Shown: positions 25,918 through 29,446 of the stretch, piece by piece
How positions within the stretch are numbered: position 1 is the stretch's first letter
Layout of the letters: each line of letters opens with the position of its first letter
NCBI GenBank assembly: GCA_037189525.1
Contig: JBBCJC010000009.1
Coordinates: 1 to 29,446, forward strand
Reading direction: 5' to 3'
DNA: 29,446 bases
Source of the DNA: Gemmatimonadales bacterium
GTDB lineage: Bacteria > Gemmatimonadota > Gemmatimonadetes > Gemmatimonadales > GWC2-71-9
Notes under the pieces: generated by a model
The model's input: only the letters and a program-made list of their open reading frames with translations
What the model was told of the DNA's origin: nothing
Databases searched by the model: none
Made by a program: the position numbers and the translations under genes

Positions 25918-28900
25918 GTGAACAAGTCATTCAGGAGCATATGGAGCGAAGCCACCGGCACGTACGTCGCCGTTGCGGAAAATGTAAAAAGCAAAGGCAA
26001 GCGTAGCCGAAACAGTAAAAGGCTTAGCGCGTTGGTAGGAGTGGGCTTGCTGGCCGTGGCTGGCGTCGCGTCGGGGGATGTGCAGGTAGGTGATGAACCC
26101 GCCGTCAGTGGAAACACCATCGTGTTTACTGACGCTGCGGGAGAAATCAATTTTGCGGGCGGTGACGGTAGCATTACCGGCGTGACCACGATCAATGGCT
26201 TGATTGACCTGAACGACGCGGGCGAGTTGACCGCCAACAGGGTCATGCTGCGTAACGATGCCGCTTTGAGTGCCGCCAGTACCGAAGCGGTACGCGGTCA
26301 GCAACTGTTTGCGACCAATCAGCGAGTCACCGCCGCAGAGCTCGCCATCGGTACGGCCCAAACAGACATCGCTGCGGCCCAAACAGATATCACCGCCGCG
26401 CAGACAGATATCACCGCCGCCCAGACGGACATCACGACACTGCAAGGTCAGGTCGGCAATCTTGGCACCTCGGTTACGACCAATAGCTTGAATGTCGGCG
26501 CAGGCGCGCTCGTTGCGAATAACGCCGGCGTTACGGTAGGTACCGATCTCGATATGGACGGCAACAAGATCACCGGTCTTGCCGATGGCGCTATTACTGC
26601 GACCAGCACGGATGCGGTCAACGGTCGGCAAATCCATAACCTTTTTATCGAGCAAGGCGCCACCGGAGTTAGATACTTCCACGCCAATTCGATGGCTCCT
26701 GATTCCCAAGCCGTGGGCGACCAGTCCGTCGCGATCGGCCCCAACACCGTGGCTGAGGGAGACAGCAGCTTCGCTGCCGGCGACGGCGCAAGCGCCACGG
26801 AACCCGCCGAAGGCGCGATTGCGCTGGGCCAGAATGCCAAAGCGGGTGACGACGACTATGGAGACGGCGCCATCGCCATTGGCCGCAATAGCGTGGCCAG
26901 CCAAAACCGTTCGGTAGCGCTCGGCGATGCGGCTCAGGCGAGCATGCTCAACGCCACTGCGTTGGGCGCGGGCGCCAATGCATCCGGCACCGGGGCGGTT
27001 GCCCTGGGCCAAGCGAATGCCAGAGGCGCTAACAGTATTGCCGCCGGTAGCGGCGCTACGACGAACACGAATGATTCGATCGCCCTTGGAACAGGCACCG
27101 GCGTGGGTACAGGTACGGAACTCAATGATCCCGGCCAGCGCCATTCATTCATTGCAATCGGAAAGAATGCGGGACGGGGCATGGATGGCAACCAGGCCAT
27201 TGCGATCGGGGTCGGCGCGGGGTCGAACACGATAGAAAGTGATCAGGTCGCGATCGGTACTCAGGCAGGCACGTACCTGGAAGGGGAACGCAATGTTTCC
27301 ATAGGGTTTGAGGCGAACAAAAACGATGTCAGGGCAGCAGTAAGGCATGCCACGGCCATTGGCGGCACGGCGATAGCTGCAACCGATGCGGTGGCGGTAG
27401 GTTACGGTGCGCATGCAGTAACGGCCGAGTCGATTGCGATAGGCGCCGGTTCGCTTGCTCAGGCCGGCAGTATCGCCTTGGGACATAACTCTCACGCCAT
27501 ACAAGTGACGGGGCCGAGTTATTTGACCGGCATACCCTATACGGGTGAATCCGTTTCTGTAGGTAATGCAGGCACGGGATTGACGCGCCGGATCACCAAT
27601 GTAGAAGACGGCGCCGACGGTTATGACGCGGTTAACGTTCGCCAGTTGGAAGAACTGGAGCGCCGCATAGGGTCGGCTACGCCGGTGCCGGGCGGGAATG
27701 TTTATTACAACGACCCAGGCAACACCGTAACCGTCGGTACCGGTACTGCCGCCGACCATGCGGTGAACCTGGCGCAAATGAACAGTGCCATCGCAGCGGA
27801 AAAGCCCAAGTTCTACAGTGTCAATCCGAATGGCGAAGCCATGAACCAAAACGGCGATGGCGCGCTGGGACCGAATAGTGCAAACAGCATGGCTATCGGC
27901 CACGCCGCTAAAATCGATGAGGCGGAGCGGGCGACGGCGATAGGCTTCAGCGTATTGGTCAAGGCGGCGGATGGCACTGCGATAGGCAGTGGCAGCACGG
28001 TCAACAATACGGCCGGGGTCGCCATAGGTCAGGGAGCATACAGCCGCGGTACTAATTCGATAGCAATGGGTACCAATGCCCAGACGGAACGCAAAGATAT
28101 CGATAGCACGTCAATAGACGCTATTGCCATTGGTACCAGTTCGCGTGCGACGGACGATAGCGCATCCGCGATGGGCCACCATGCGACGGCTTCCGGCACG
28201 CGCTCGACGGCGCTAGGCTATTTGGCTAACGCCAGCGGCGAAAGCGCGATGGCATTCGGTACGCAAAGCGCGGCGAGCGGCCTCGATTCCCAAGCCAGCG
28301 GGACCAGAGCCGGCGCAACCAGAACCAACGCGCAGGCTAGCGGTACGGACGCCAAAGCCTATGCGACCGATGGGATCGCCATCGGTACGGGCGCCGAGTC
28401 CGGCCAAGCTTCGCCTGTGCCTGCCGATCAGGCAGGAAATATAGACACCATTGCCATTGGACATGGCGCTCTCGCCATTCGGCAAAGCGCTTTTGCCAGC
28501 GGTACCGGCGCCAACGCAACGGCTGCGAATGCAATGGCCATGGGAACCGGCTCGACGGCATCTGCTGAGAATGCAATGGCCGTGGGAAGCGGCTCGACGG
28601 CATCTGCTGAGAATGCAATGGCCATGGGAAGTGCTTCAGAGGCGTCTGCGCAGGACGCGGTCGCCATCGGGCGTGGAGCAACGGCTGCGAATAACCGTGC
28701 GGTCGCGCTGGGTGACGGCGCACAAACCGCCGACGCGGTAGGCACCGCAAACGCCACCCTCAACAATCTTACCTATGGCGACTTTGCGGGTGCCAATCCC
28801 ATTGCTACCGTCAGCGTGGGAACGACGCAAGAAAAGCGTACCATCACGAACGTCGCCGCCGGTCGAATCACTGATACGAGCACCGACGCCATAAACGGTA

Positions 28901-29446
28901 GTCAGCTGTACGCCACGAATGCCGTACTGGGCAATGTCGCCAACACGACACAACAAATTCTAGGCGGCAATGCGGCTCTGGCCCCGAATGGCAGCTTGAC
29001 CATGACCAATATTGGCGGCACGGGCGAAGACACAGTGCATGATGCCATCGAATACGCCGCGCAGGGCTGGAACGTGAGCGCCGATGGCGACGCAGCGACC
29101 AATGTGGCTCCTGGCGGATCGGTGGATTTCGGCAATACGGATGACAATATCGTGATCAGCCGCAGTGCCACAGGCTTGACGTTCAACCTGGCCGACGACA
29201 TCGAGATCGGCAACAGTATCACCATCGACGACGGCGGTCCGGTGATCAATCGCGGCGGCATCAATATGCGCAACAACAAGATCACCAACGTGGCTCCCGG
29301 CACTGCTCTTACCGATGCGGTCAACGTGTCGCAGCTGAACGATGCGGTCGAGGACGTGACCAGCGCGGGGTTGAACTTCTCGGCCAACGCGGGCGCCAAC
29401 GTGCACCGAGACCTGGGCCAGACCCTGGCGATCCGCGGCGGCATGG
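25918..29446 (+). CDS. YadA-like trimeric autotransporter adhesin (type Vc) with ESPR extended signal peptide; 3' end beyond window; absent from the ORF track
   Basis: GTG start gives MNKSFRSIWSEATGTYVAVAENVKSKGK (ESPR). There are many (S/A)xAIG head repeats and neck/stalk motifs (KITGLADG..STDAVNGRQ, RRITNVEDG..YDAVNVRQL, TITNVAAG..STDAINGSQL). The same frame continues to the window end. Confidence 0.93.
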   Translation, partial: MNKSFRSIWSEATGTYVAVAENVKSKGKRSRNSKRLSALVGVGLLAVAGVASGDVQVGDEPAVSGNTIVFTDAAGEINFAGGDGSITGVTTINGLIDLNDAGELTANRVMLRNDAALSAASTEAVRGQQLFATNQRVTAAELAIGTAQTDIAAAQTDITAAQTDITAAQTDITTLQGQVGNLGTSVTTNSLNVGAGALVANNAGVTVGTDLDMDGNKITGLADGAITATSTDAVNGRQIHNLFIEQGATGVRYFHANSMAPDSQAVGDQSVAIGPNTVAEGDSSFAAGDGASATEPAEGAIALGQNAKAGDDDYGDGAIAIGRNSVASQNRSVALGDAAQASMLNATALGAGANASGTGAVALGQANARGANSIAAGSGATTNTNDSIALGTGTGVGTGTELNDPGQRHSFIAIGKNAGRGMDGNQAIAIGVGAGSNTIESDQVAIGTQAGTYLEGERNVSIGFEANKNDVRAAVRHATAIGGTAIAATDAVAVGYGAHAVTAESIAIGAGSLAQAGSIALGHNSHAIQVTGPSYLTGIPYTGESVSVGNAGTGLTRRITNVEDGADGYDAVNVRQLEELERRIGSATPVPGGNVYYNDPGNTVTVGTGTAADHAVNLAQMNSAIAAEKPKFYSVNPNGEAMNQNGDGALGPNSANSMAIGHAAKIDEAERATAIGFSVLVKAADGTAIGSGSTVNNTAGVAIGQGAYSRGTNSIAMGTNAQTERKDIDSTSIDAIAIGTSSRATDDSASAMGHHATASGTRSTALGYLANASGESAMAFGTQSAASGLDSQASGTRAGATRTNAQASGTDAKAYATDGIAIGTGAESGQASPVPADQAGNIDTIAIGHGALAIRQSAFASGTGANATAANAMAMGTGSTASAENAMAVGSGSTASAENAMAMGSASEASAQDAVAIGRGATAANNRAVALGDGAQTADAVGTANATLNNLTYGDFAGANPIATVSVGTTQEKRTITNVAAGRITDTSTDAINGSQLYATNAVLGNVANTTQQILGGNAALAPNGSLTMTNIGGTGEDTVHDAIEYAAQGWNVSADGDAATNVAPGGSVDFGNTDDNIVISRSATGLTFNLADDIEIGNSITIDDGGPVINRGGINMRNNKITNVAPGTALTDAVNVSQLNDAVEDVTSAGLNFSANAGANVHRDLGQTLAIRGGM
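26356..26439 (+). repeat. Four 21-bp tandem units encoding heptad (AQTDITA)-like coiled coil
   Basis: AQTDIAA-AQTDITA-AQTDITA-AQTDITT within the adhesin. Confidence 0.88.
28525..28650 (+). repeat. Three 42-bp tandem units encoding 14-aa YadA head repeats
   Basis: ANAMAMGTGSTASA / ENAMAVGSGSTASA / ENAMAMGSASEASA; the first two are nearly identical at DNA level. Confidence 0.88.

Noticed and set aside
25927..29444. Numerous minus-strand ORFs over the adhesin
   Set aside because: They are antisense shadows of the plus-strand autotransporter frame.

Overview
The window appears to join two unrelated genomes inside rpoC. The left part (1 to ~9.45 kb) is the conserved tuf(3' end)-rpmG-secE-nusG-rplK-rplA-rplJ-rplL-rpoB-rpoC cluster, and its proteins look Gemmatimonadota-like. 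At the catalytic NADFDGD motif of rpoC (~9415-9490), codon usage and protein character switch to a Betaproteobacteria (Burkholderiales, probably Alcaligenaceae) type and stay that way to the end. A metagenomic misassembly is the most likely cause. The right part holds a LysR/class II aldolase/TRAP (dctQMP) catabolic module and an orphan type-1 ileS. It also has a CHASE2 kinase/LysM-FecR/OmpR-type cassette, divergent from an AraC regulator and a large YadA-like trimeric autotransporter adhesin that runs off the window. The best candidate for new biology is the ileS locus. Its C-terminal zinc finger has lost 3 of 4 cysteines. Upstream it has an apparently leaderless 31-aa ORF ending in an Ile codon, followed by a three-way-junction RNA. 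RpoB also carries Asn at the rifampicin-pocket His526 position. Taxonomic assignments come from recalled sequence signatures, not database searches.
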